Below are positions 10,226 through 17,730 of a DNA stretch of 56,836 nt, in pieces. The stretch is from Minisyncoccia bacterium (GTDB lineage: Bacteria; Patescibacteriota; Minisyncoccia; Phycocordibacterales; UBA918). Both the position numbers and the translations under genes were made by a program. Where the stretch lies: the NCBI GenBank assembly GCA_964229335.1, contig CAXRCZ010000013.1:1-56836 (forward strand), given 5' to 3'. Positions within the stretch are counted from its first letter, which is position 1; each line of letters starts with the position of its first letter. The notes under the pieces are model-generated. The model did not search any database. It was not told the origin of the DNA and saw nothing but the letters and a program-made list of their open reading frames with translations.

Positions 10226-10477
10226 ATGGAACGTATAAGTTATGCGGACAAGCTAAGAGCTGCAAAAGTTCTTGGCGATCCCAGGAGACCAATCCAAACA
10301 CTGGTTAGCACCAGACAACGCAAGGAACCTGGGGTTCCTGGGAAAGAAGGCAACAACTCTGAAAGTCTTCGTGAGCGAAGTCGGCGCACCGCTAAGAAGC
10401 GAGCAGGAAGGTTCGTTTTGAGATCTATTTTAGCTTCGGGCTCTAAATTGGCTATTGCAACTTCTGATTCAGAATAA
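10226..10477 (+). CDS. Orphan basic 83-aa protein
   Basis: SD aaggag; terminator cggccggaatcc-tgca-ggattccggccg at 10500-10527. Confidence 0.6.
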   Translation: MERISYADKLRAAKVLGDPRRPIQTLVSTRQRKEPGVPGKEGNNSESLRERSRRTAKKRAGRFVLRSILASGSKLAIATSDSE

Positions 10478-10571
10478 TAATCAATTTGAGCGAAGGTCAC
10501 GGCCGGAATCCTGCAGGATTCCGGCCGCTTTTAATTTTGATGTTAGTTGATTTATATAAAATACGTATCTT

Positions 10572-11885
10572 CTACCACCCTAGCTTATGCATTGCGGCAA
10601 AAACTCGCTCAAAGCCAGCTCGGTTGGCGCCGTCAACGTAGTCGACTTTCTCTCCATCGCTACCATACTGAACACACTGATCGTGGATATGACGCATAAT
10701 CCGGCGTAATTCTTGGTCTATTTGCTCTGGCGTCCAGGCGTAGTGACCAGCGTTTTGCGCCATTTCCATACCTGAAACCGATACCCCACCCGCATTCGCG
10801 GCCTTTCCGGGTCCATACAGCACATCTGATTGGCGAATTACTTTTTGTGCAGCTGCAGTGAGGGGCATATTAGCGCCTTCCACCAACAACTTCGCTGACT
10901 GCAAGACCGCTCCCATATCGCCTTCGTCTAGTTCATTTTGGGTAGCACACGGGAAATATGCCTCAGCTGACACCTCCCAGACCTTGCCCTCATGGTACGT
11001 GGTGTCAGTTATGGTGCAGTCTTTGAGGTCGTGAGTGCGACTTTTTTCTTGCGATACGGTATGAATATCTTCTTTACTAAAACCAGATTCCTTATACAAA
11101 TAGCCATGACGATCGGAAACAGTCAGCACAGTAGTTCCAATGTCGATTAATTTTAAAGCAGTATAGGTAGCCACATTACCAGCACCGGACACCACTGCAC
11201 GCAATGAAGACAGATTAATATCATGCTTGGCTGCCATTGCTTCAGCAAAGTACACTACCCCATGACCAGTCGCCTCAGTGCGGTGACAGCTACCACCAAA
11301 TAATTCATCCTTACCAGTAAGTACACCTTCGTTGGAGTTGGTAATGAGCTTGTACATACCGTAGAGGTAGCCGATTTCCCGTCCACCGACACCAATGTCA
11401 CCAGCTGGCACATCTTTATCTAGGCCGATGTGTTGGTGAAGCTTGACCATAAAGGCTTGGCAAAATGAGCGAATTTCATTGTCACTCTTTCCACGTGGAG
11501 AAAAATCACTGCCTCCTTTGGCTCCCCCGAGCTGCAAGCCGGTAAGGGAATTTTTAAATATTTGCTCAAAGCCGAGGAACTTTAATATATCTTCGTTAAC
11601 GGTCGGGTCAAAACGCAACCCTCCCTTGTATGGCCCAAGCGCCGAGTTAAATTGCACACGATAGCCGAGATTGCTCTGAAGCGCACCGTTGTCATCAATC
11701 CAATCCACTCGAAATGAAATTACTCTCTCTGGCTGCAACAAGCGTTCGAGGCGTCGGTACTCAACCTCTGTCCAATTATCACTCAGTTCATTGAGACTAT
11801 CTAAAAATTCTTTTGTGGCTTGGAGAAAGGTGGGCTGATGCTGATACTTTTCTTTGAGGTCGCTGTAGATAGTATCTAGAGTCAT
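10572..11885 (-). CDS. gdhA: Glutamate dehydrogenase (NADP-specific family)
   Basis: RVQFNSALGPYKGGLRF, GGAKGGSDF, DVPAGDIGVG, PCATQNE, EGANMP, GKAANAGGV. Confidence 0.95.
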   Translation of the reverse strand: MTLDTIYSDLKEKYQHQPTFLQATKEFLDSLNELSDNWTEVEYRRLERLLQPERVISFRVDWIDDNGALQSNLGYRVQFNSALGPYKGGLRFDPTVNEDILKFLGFEQIFKNSLTGLQLGGAKGGSDFSPRGKSDNEIRSFCQAFMVKLHQHIGLDKDVPAGDIGVGGREIGYLYGMYKLITNSNEGVLTGKDELFGGSCHRTEATGHGVVYFAEAMAAKHDINLSSLRAVVSGAGNVATYTALKLIDIGTTVLTVSDRHGYLYKESGFSKEDIHTVSQEKSRTHDLKDCTITDTTYHEGKVWEVSAEAYFPCATQNELDEGDMGAVLQSAKLLVEGANMPLTAAAQKVIRQSDVLYGPGKAANAGGVSVSGMEMAQNAGHYAWTPEQIDQELRRIMRHIHDQCVQYGSDGEKVDYVDGANRAGFERVFAAMHKLGW

Positions 11886-11914
11886 ACGCTTTGTTCTCTC
11901 TAGTCTACCATACG

Positions 11915-11943
11915 AAATCGCGCGTCTTTTGACGCGCGATTTT
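11915..11943 (-). terminator. Terminator after the Lys-rich micro-ORF
   Basis: aaatcgcgcgtc-tttt-gacgcgcgattt. Confidence 0.75.
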
Positions 11944-11957
11944 CTTCACTGGCGAAG

Positions 11958-12011
11958 TTATTTCTTCTTCGGAACTGCTTTTTTAGCTGGAGCTTTCTTT
12001 TTTGTTGCCAT
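11958..12011 (-). CDS. 17-aa Lys/Ala/Pro-rich micro-protein MATKKKAPAKKAVPKKK
   Basis: ATG after an AT-rich stretch, H1-like composition, terminator 14 nt after stop. Confidence 0.55.
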   Translation of the reverse strand: MATKKKAPAKKAVPKKK

Positions 12012-12073
12012 GGCGTATGAATTACTTACTAAGGCACGATACCAGTAGTATGGGGAGCGCCCGCAAACGCAAT

Positions 12074-12286
12074 CACCTCCTTGGCTAGAGTCGTATTTGA
12101 AATCACCACCTGATATCAACCCATCACTTGGTGTTTCGCCAACACCGTATCCCATATTTCGATATAAATAACCTTTCTTCACTCGGTGAACGTTAGTTCT
12201 CCTCAATCATGCAAGCTTATTTTTAAGCGAAATCTGAAATACTTTGGTTTGGCGATGATCCCCAACACGACTCAAGGCTTTCGTGT
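12074..12286 (-). ncRNA. Rod-shaped 190-210 nt structured RNA, 6S-like candidate
   Basis: 23-bp closing helix 12251-12273/12088-12110 with G-U wobbles on the minus strand, central bubble, further inner helices; TATACT at 12293-12298. Confidence 0.6.
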
Positions 12287-12304
12287 ACTACTAGTATAGA
12301 GCGA

Positions 12305-12601
12305 TTATTTTCTTTTGGTTAGATTGCCCTGTGCAGAAGTTTTGACCAATAACTCTTTTTCAGCCCGAGTGAGTTTTTTGATCGCGGCTTCCCTTTTCAT
12401 AGCTTCACTACGAGTAGCAAACGATTCAGTAAAGAATAATTTTACTGGTCCTCTGCCACTGGTATACCGAGCGCCAGCTCCGGATATTCCATTATTATGT
12501 TCTTTAATTCGTCTCTCCACGTCAGTGGTATAACCGGTATATAGCGTACCGTCAGCACACTCAATGATATATACGAAGAATTTAAATTTAGTTTTTGCCA
12601 T
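12305..12601 (-). CDS. GIY-YIG nuclease (UPF0213/YhbQ-like)
   Basis: FVYIIECADGTLYTGYTTDVERRIKEHN, GARYT, AMKREAAIKKL. Confidence 0.93.
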   Translation of the reverse strand: MAKTKFKFFVYIIECADGTLYTGYTTDVERRIKEHNNGISGAGARYTSGRGPVKLFFTESFATRSEAMKREAAIKKLTRAEKELLVKTSAQGNLTKRK

Positions 12602-12706
12602 CAGTAGCTATTATTCTACCTTGCCTTTAACTCATACATTGACTTTTACTAAATTTGTGATATTGTTTTTATAGAGCCCTTTTGAAAAAACTACGGGAGT
12701 TAAAAC

Positions 12707-13042
12707 ATGGAAGCTGCCAACGACATTGAAACGTTCATCGTTTTTGATCCGTTCGACAACACGAATGTCTTCATCACCGCAGACAATGTCTACATTTCTT
12801 CGGGCAAAGAAGAAAGTCAGCGGATATCCGCCGAAACCGGCGAGTACTGCAATATGCAGTTTGGTCCGACGGACCGACTGAAAATCACGATCAATGAGGA
12901 GATGATCTTCATCACTGCCACACATGATTCTCCAAATCATACTCTGCGTCGCATGCTTCAGGCCAAGATCGCTGCTGGCGACGCCAAGCCTACCCAAGAG
13001 CCGGGTCCACTGGTCGAGATCAGAATCCCGCGCGCAGACTAG
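12707..13042 (+). CDS. Orphan 111-aa protein
   Basis: TTGACT-16-TATTGT promoter, SD gggag, terminator aaagcccgg...ccgggcttt at about 13066-13100. Confidence 0.75.
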   Translation: MEAANDIETFIVFDPFDNTNVFITADNVYISSGKEESQRISAETGEYCNMQFGPTDRLKITINEEMIFITATHDSPNHTLRRMLQAKIAAGDAKPTQEPGPLVEIRIPRAD

Positions 13043-13174
13043 GGCAACGATTGTCGTTCAATAACAAAGCCCGGACGGTTGCCTCAACCGCCCGGGCTTT
13101 CTTTGTAAAAAACACAAAACCTCGCACTTATCGAAGGTAAATCAATGTAAAGATTTTGGGAATTAAATGAAAAT

Positions 13175-13762
13175 TTATTTTAGCTCTACCCATAACGGAG
13201 TCATAGTTTGAATATCTAAGTCTCCATACTTGTTTTTTCTCTTTAAATTCTTGGGATAATCACCAAACTCTGTAGAAAACCAACTTAATATTGCGAAACG
13301 ATGGAAATGTTCTTGTATATTACTAATATCAAACTTACAAACAAATCTATACTGCAATCTAAATGTTCCGTCTTTGAAAATTGTATGGTTAATTTTTCCA
13401 TAAAAATTTAAATTATCTTCCGTACCTGGCATGGTCGTTTTTCCAAGACTAATGACGGTAACTTCTACAAACTCTGGAAAATGTAAAGACCAAAAAACAC
13501 CTTCTCTTATTGGCTCTTCTGAGTCATGTCTTAAGATCGGTTCAAAATCAAATTCAAATTTTCCATTTCCACAATTTTTTGCCTTGATTTTATTACATGA
13601 GGTTTCATTGAAGAAAAATTCGACCATCTTTGGTCTTCTTAAGTAGCGCAAATACCTTGGAAGAAAAATAGAACCAATTACAAGAAGTAACAGCCCGCTC
13701 ACAAAATTAGTGATGAACGATTGTAAATCAAAGTATTTCAAATATGATTCTAAATTTTCCAT
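13175..13762 (-). CDS. AT-rich hypothetical protein with N-terminal TM helix
   Basis: 195 aa ORF, visibly lower GC than neighbours. Confidence 0.75.
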   Translation of the reverse strand: MENLESYLKYFDLQSFITNFVSGLLLLVIGSIFLPRYLRYLRRPKMVEFFFNETSCNKIKAKNCGNGKFEFDFEPILRHDSEEPIREGVFWSLHFPEFVEVTVISLGKTTMPGTEDNLNFYGKINHTIFKDGTFRLQYRFVCKFDISNIQEHFHRFAILSWFSTEFGDYPKNLKRKNKYGDLDIQTMTPLWVELK

Positions 13763-13798
13763 ACTTTCGAAATATACTCTTATTTAATGGTAAATCAA

Positions 13799-13902
13799 AT
13801 TTTCAAATGAAATACTAGGCGAGCAGCAAAAAAGCCGCGAGGCGTACTCCTTGTACGATGAGCGGCTTTTTTGTGTACTCAACGAAGTAGTTTGTTGAAA
13901 AT
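13799..13902. repeat. Translation-gene 3' hairpin element, copy 4 (after rpsG)
   Basis: attttcaa...ttgaaaat closing stem; tactaggcg / caacgaagta loop; apical cgtac...gtacg. Confidence 0.75.
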
Positions 13903-13908
13903 GGGATT

Positions 13909-14379
13909 TTACCAAGCGAAGTGGGCGAAAGCACGGTTAGCCTCAGCCATCTTGTGCGTATCTTCCTTCTTCTTCACTGCATCCCCTTCTTCTTTAGCAG
14001 CTAGCATGAGCTCTTTGGCCAATGACTTGTGCATTGGAGTACCTTTTTGCTTGCGAGCAGCGGCAATGATCCAGCGTAGAGCTAGTGAAAGTCGTCGTTC
14101 AGGACGAACTTCTCGTGGTACTTGGTAGTTGGCTCCACCAACTCGGCGAGAGCGAACCTCCATCAGTGGTCCAGCGTTGCGCAGAGCATTGTTGAAGACT
14201 TCTAGTGGATCCCCACCTTCTTTGTCGTTTTTGATAATTTCAAACGCCCCGTACACAATCTTGCGGGCGGTCTCTTTTTGACCGCGAAGCATGATGTAGT
14301 TGATGAGTCGTTCGACTTCGACTGAACCGTATTGGATGTCAGCCTTTACTTCTGGACGTTTCTTAATTGGTCGTCGCAT
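13909..14379 (-). CDS. rpsG: 30S ribosomal protein S7
   Basis: [28 protein letters not shown]. Confidence 0.99.
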   Translation of the reverse strand: MRRPIKKRPEVKADIQYGSVEVERLINYIMLRGQKETARKIVYGAFEIIKNDKEGGDPLEVFNNALRNAGPLMEVRSRRVGGANYQVPREVRPERRLSLALRWIIAAARKQKGTPMHKSLAKELMLAAKEEGDAVKKKEDTHKMAEANRAFAHFAW

Positions 14380-14520
14380 AACTTATTTTGTTAAGTAATC
14401 GCGAGAGATGAGGAGTGTTATGGAAACATTCTTCATTCTTCGCATAATGGTCCTCTGCTGGTGCAGATACCAATCGTTATCTGTAGCGAATATAAACTAT
14501 TAATTTTTGTTGTAAGGATT

Positions 14521-14931
14521 CTATCCTTTTGGTGCTTTTGCCCCGTACTTAGAGCGCCCTCGACGTCGGTCGTCGACTCCTCCAGCGTCGTATTTACCAC
14601 GCACTACAGTGTAGTTCACACCGATGTCTTTTACGCGTCCACCACGGACGAGTACTACGGAGTGTTCCTGTAGGTTGTGCTTGATACCTGGGATGTAGGC
14701 AGTAATTTCCTGACCGTTTGAAAGTCGGACACGAGCAATTTTTCGAATCGCTGAGTTCGGCTTTCGTGGAGTCTTGGTAGTTACACGCGTACATACGCCA
14801 CGCTTAAAAGGTGAGTAGTAGCGGTTTGGTTGGTTCTTGATTTTGTTAAATCCAGACTCCAAGGCCGCTGTTTTACTCTTGCGCGCTTTGTCGGTTCGCT
14901 TCTTGCGGGTTAATTGTTGAATTGTTGCCAT
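14521..14931 (-). CDS. rpsL: 30S ribosomal protein S12 (start reassigned to MATIQQL)
   Basis: [43 protein letters not shown]. Confidence 0.99.
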   Translation of the reverse strand: MATIQQLTRKKRTDKARKSKTAALESGFNKIKNQPNRYYSPFKRGVCTRVTTKTPRKPNSAIRKIARVRLSNGQEITAYIPGIKHNLQEHSVVLVRGGRVKDIGVNYTVVRGKYDAGGVDDRRRGRSKYGAKAPKG

Positions 14932-14974
14932 ATGTAGCCCGCACACTCTACTATAGTTAGATAAAATTGCAAAC

Positions 14975-15061
14975 AAAAAGACCGCTTGATGCGGTCGGGG
15001 CGTGCAGGGGGCGAAGCGCAAACTCGGTGGAGGCCCTGCACGCATTTGGCCCTCCCCGAGT
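14975..15061 (-). ncRNA. Small GC-rich pseudoknot/bistable element ending in a terminator
   Basis: Two crossing helices (ctcggggagg/cctccaccgag and gcgtgcaggg/ccctgcacgc) then gaccgc-atcaa-gcggtc-ttttt. Confidence 0.5.
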
Positions 15062-15091
15062 AACTGTAATCTTTCTATTTATGAGAATATC

Positions 15092-15730
15092 TTACCCCCC
15101 AATCAAAAGCAAGGTAATCCAGCGGGTAAGTTCGTAGAGTGGTTGGCCGAGAAATACTACAAAGAGAATGATTACCAGAATGAACCCGAAAGCAATGTTG
15201 CGCTCGAAGTACACCCGGAAATTGTCGTATTTCATGGCTAGTGAAGGCGGGAGGAGTTTGGGTAGGATTTTTGACCCATCAAGCGGCGGAATTGGAAGTA
15301 GGTTAAAGAACGCCAAGAAGATATTCAAAATTATAATTTGTACTGATAGCGTCACAAAGGTATCAGATAGCGCCCACACTTCAGCCGCTCGTACTAGCAA
15401 TGCAAAGACGAGCGCAATAGCGATGTTAGCCAATGGACCGGCGATAGCCACGATAGCTTCGCCCCATTTCCTCCACTTGGTGAAGTTATATGGGTTGTAT
15501 GGTACTGGTTTGGCCGCTCCGAATAATATCGGTGAGCCAGTTAATACCAATAGTCCTGGCAAAATCACCGACATCATTGGGTCTAAGTGGACAATCGGAT
15601 TAGCCGATAGTCGGCCCTGCAGCCGAGCAGTTGGGTCACCCAGCCAGTTGGCAGCATAGCCGTGCGCCATTTCGTGTAGCACTACCGAAAGAATAAGTGC
15701 CAGTATAAGTACGATAAATATTGGATCCAT
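15092..15730 (-). CDS. Site-2 protease, peptidase M50
   Basis: HEMAHG, AGPLAN, FNLLPIPPLDGSK. Confidence 0.95.
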   Translation of the reverse strand: MDPIFIVLILALILSVVLHEMAHGYAANWLGDPTARLQGRLSANPIVHLDPMMSVILPGLLVLTGSPILFGAAKPVPYNPYNFTKWRKWGEAIVAIAGPLANIAIALVFALLVRAAEVWALSDTFVTLSVQIIILNIFLAFFNLLPIPPLDGSKILPKLLPPSLAMKYDNFRVYFERNIAFGFILVIILFVVFLGQPLYELTRWITLLLIGG

Positions 15731-15812
15731 AACGGACTAATACTATCGTACTGTTCGGTAGTTGCAAAATTAGGACACCGTGGTAGGATATCGCCACTTA
15801 AATACTTTATTT

Positions 15813-16055
15813 ATGGCAAAGCAATGTGACATCACCGGCAAGAAAACCCAAATCGGGGGCCGCTACAGTAACCGCACTCGTGCGACGCAATTTAACCCGT
15901 GCGGCAAAACTACTCGTCAGCCAAATCTCCAAAAGAAACGTATCTACGTTCCAGAGATTGATAAGACCGTAACTATTAACGTGTCTACCAAAGGCTTGCG
16001 CACTATCGCTAAAAATGGCGCGTATCAAACTCTAAAAGAAGCCAAACTTATTTAA
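15813..16055 (+). CDS. rpmB: 50S ribosomal protein L28
   Basis: MAKQCDITGK, QPNLQKKR, VSTKGLRTI. Confidence 0.95.
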   Translation: MAKQCDITGKKTQIGGRYSNRTRATQFNPCGKTTRQPNLQKKRIYVPEIDKTVTINVSTKGLRTIAKNGAYQTLKEAKLI

Positions 16056-16176
16056 TTTACCCAAACCACGCACCTCTTCTGCGTTGTCTGCAACAAAATA
16101 CCTCTCGCTGGAGCAAAAGTCCCGCTTGAGGTATTTTCTTTTGACGCCTTGCATACGCACGCGGTTTGAAAAAATT
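16056..16176. repeat. Translation-gene 3' hairpin element, copy 5 (after rpmB, inverted together with its gene)
   Basis: caaacc...ggtttg closing stem; ctgcgttg / cgccttgca loop; aaaatacctc...gaggtatttt. Confidence 0.7.
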
Positions 16177-16211
16177 ACATCAATATAGGCTACGAATGGT
16201 ATTCGGACTCC

Positions 16212-17081
16212 TTACTCTCTCCAGACAGTTTGTCCATCAGAGATAAAAGTAATCGTGCCGTCGATAGCTGTCTGACTTAGAGCAATATCTCTCTCTATCA
16301 CCCGAGCCAACACTTCCCCGGCTGGATGGCCGTAAGAGTTATCAGCGCCGGCTGATACCACCGCATATTTTGGAGCCACTGCATCGAGGAAGGTTTCACT
16401 GGTAGAGGTCTTAGAGCCATGATGTCCGAGTTTCAACACCTGACTAGTAAGCTGCGAGCCGTAGCGTTCCACTAAAGTGTCTTCGATAGAAGCTGGCGCG
16501 TCCCCCGTCAACATAAACGCTGTCTCGCCATAGACCACCCGCAATACAATCGAGGCGGTATTACTTTCCCAATTGGTCTCATCACCAACTGGCGAAAGCA
16601 CCTGCAGATACACCTCGTCATCGAGCACAATTACTTCACCGGCTTCAGCCAGTCGCTCCATCATACCCTCGGCTGCTACCGCGGTGGTTAGGGCAGTCGA
16701 TGCCGCAGTGGGATTGAGATTGCTGGTAGTGATGAGTAAACCTACTTGATACCGGTGCAATACATCAGATAAGCCACCAATGTGATCGAGGTCAGGATGA
16801 GTGGCAATCATCAGGTCTATAGACCGATCTCCAAAAGGTCGCACAGCAGCCATTGAACGCAAGACCGCTGAGCCTTTACCACCATCAATGAGTACCTCAA
16901 TGCCAGAAGGGGTGCGGAGTAGAATGGCATCACCCTGTCCCACATCAAGGAATGAGACTTCGAGACAGTCGCAGTCAGTGGTTAGGTCTGAAAATTGTGG
17001 CATCCAAACCGCCAACGCAAACAAGCTCAAAAAACCAATCAATACCGTTCTAAACCGTGGATTTGCAGTAACCAGACTCAT
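16212..17081 (-). CDS. ComEC-type metallo-beta-lactamase-fold protein (stand-alone C-terminal domain)
   Basis: FLDVGQGDA, THPDLDHIGG, LTGDA, LKLGHHGSKTS, NSYGHP. Confidence 0.93.
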   Translation of the reverse strand: MSLVTANPRFRTVLIGFLSLFALAVWMPQFSDLTTDCDCLEVSFLDVGQGDAILLRTPSGIEVLIDGGKGSAVLRSMAAVRPFGDRSIDLMIATHPDLDHIGGLSDVLHRYQVGLLITTSNLNPTAASTALTTAVAAEGMMERLAEAGEVIVLDDEVYLQVLSPVGDETNWESNTASIVLRVVYGETAFMLTGDAPASIEDTLVERYGSQLTSQVLKLGHHGSKTSTSETFLDAVAPKYAVVSAGADNSYGHPAGEVLARVIERDIALSQTAIDGTITFISDGQTVWRE

Positions 17082-17119
17082 ACCCTAGTATGTATATATA
17101 ATCCTAACACCTACACTCT

Positions 17120-17701
17120 ATGACCTACGAAGCTAAAACATTTGATATTCCTGAGACTCCTGGCATTTCAAAAGAAACCATGGATAACCACCTCAATCTC
17201 TATGCCGGGTATGTAAAACATGTGAACCTTATCCGCGACGCTATCAGTAAAGAACGTGATAGTGGTGACAAAGCTGACACCTACGCCCTGGCAGAAATGC
17301 AGCGCCGACTAGGCTTTGAATTTGGTGGTATGAAAAACCACGAGTACTACTTTGCGCAATTCGAAGGGGGGAGTAAATCACTGCCAGATGGAGCTCTTAA
17401 AGACTTGATTGAAAAGCAATGGGGATCATTCGAGGCATGGCTCGAGCGCTTCAAGCAAATTGCTGGCACCCGAGGCGTTGGCTGGGCAATGCTGTATTAC
17501 GACAATAAGACCGATCAGTTAGTGCAGACGTGGGTAGACGAGCAACAGCTTGGTCAATTGGCTGATCTCGATATCGTCCTTGCGCTCGATATGTGGGAGC
17601 ACTCTTATATGCACGATTACCTCTCAAGTGATAAGGGGAAATATATTGACGCGTTCTTCAACTGCCTCAACTGGGAAGTCGTCGCCGGTCGCCTGAATTA
17701 A
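17120..17701 (+). CDS. sod: Fe/Mn superoxide dismutase
   Basis: Metal-ligand motifs NHLNLYAGY, NHEYYF, DMWEHSY; GVGWA. Confidence 0.92.
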   Translation: MTYEAKTFDIPETPGISKETMDNHLNLYAGYVKHVNLIRDAISKERDSGDKADTYALAEMQRRLGFEFGGMKNHEYYFAQFEGGSKSLPDGALKDLIEKQWGSFEAWLERFKQIAGTRGVGWAMLYYDNKTDQLVQTWVDEQQLGQLADLDIVLALDMWEHSYMHDYLSSDKGKYIDAFFNCLNWEVVAGRLN

Positions 17702-17730
17702 ACTACCTGTAAATTTACAGCCGGCAGCCA

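Noticed and set aside
12070-12085. 16S rRNA 3' end fragment (atcacctcctt on the plus strand)
   Set aside because: Flanks do not resemble 16S; better read as an SD-like sequence on the minus strand.
11958-12206. 82-aa ORF from the track
   Set aside because: TTG start inside an extensively base-paired region; only the last 17 codons look protein-like.
14380-14520. Sixth copy of the translation-gene hairpin family between rpsL and rpsG
   Set aside because: Two hairpins are present, but the conserved internal-loop motifs are missing.
14995-15061. HDV-like ribozyme
   Set aside because: P3, P1.1 and J4/2 could not be placed on either strand.
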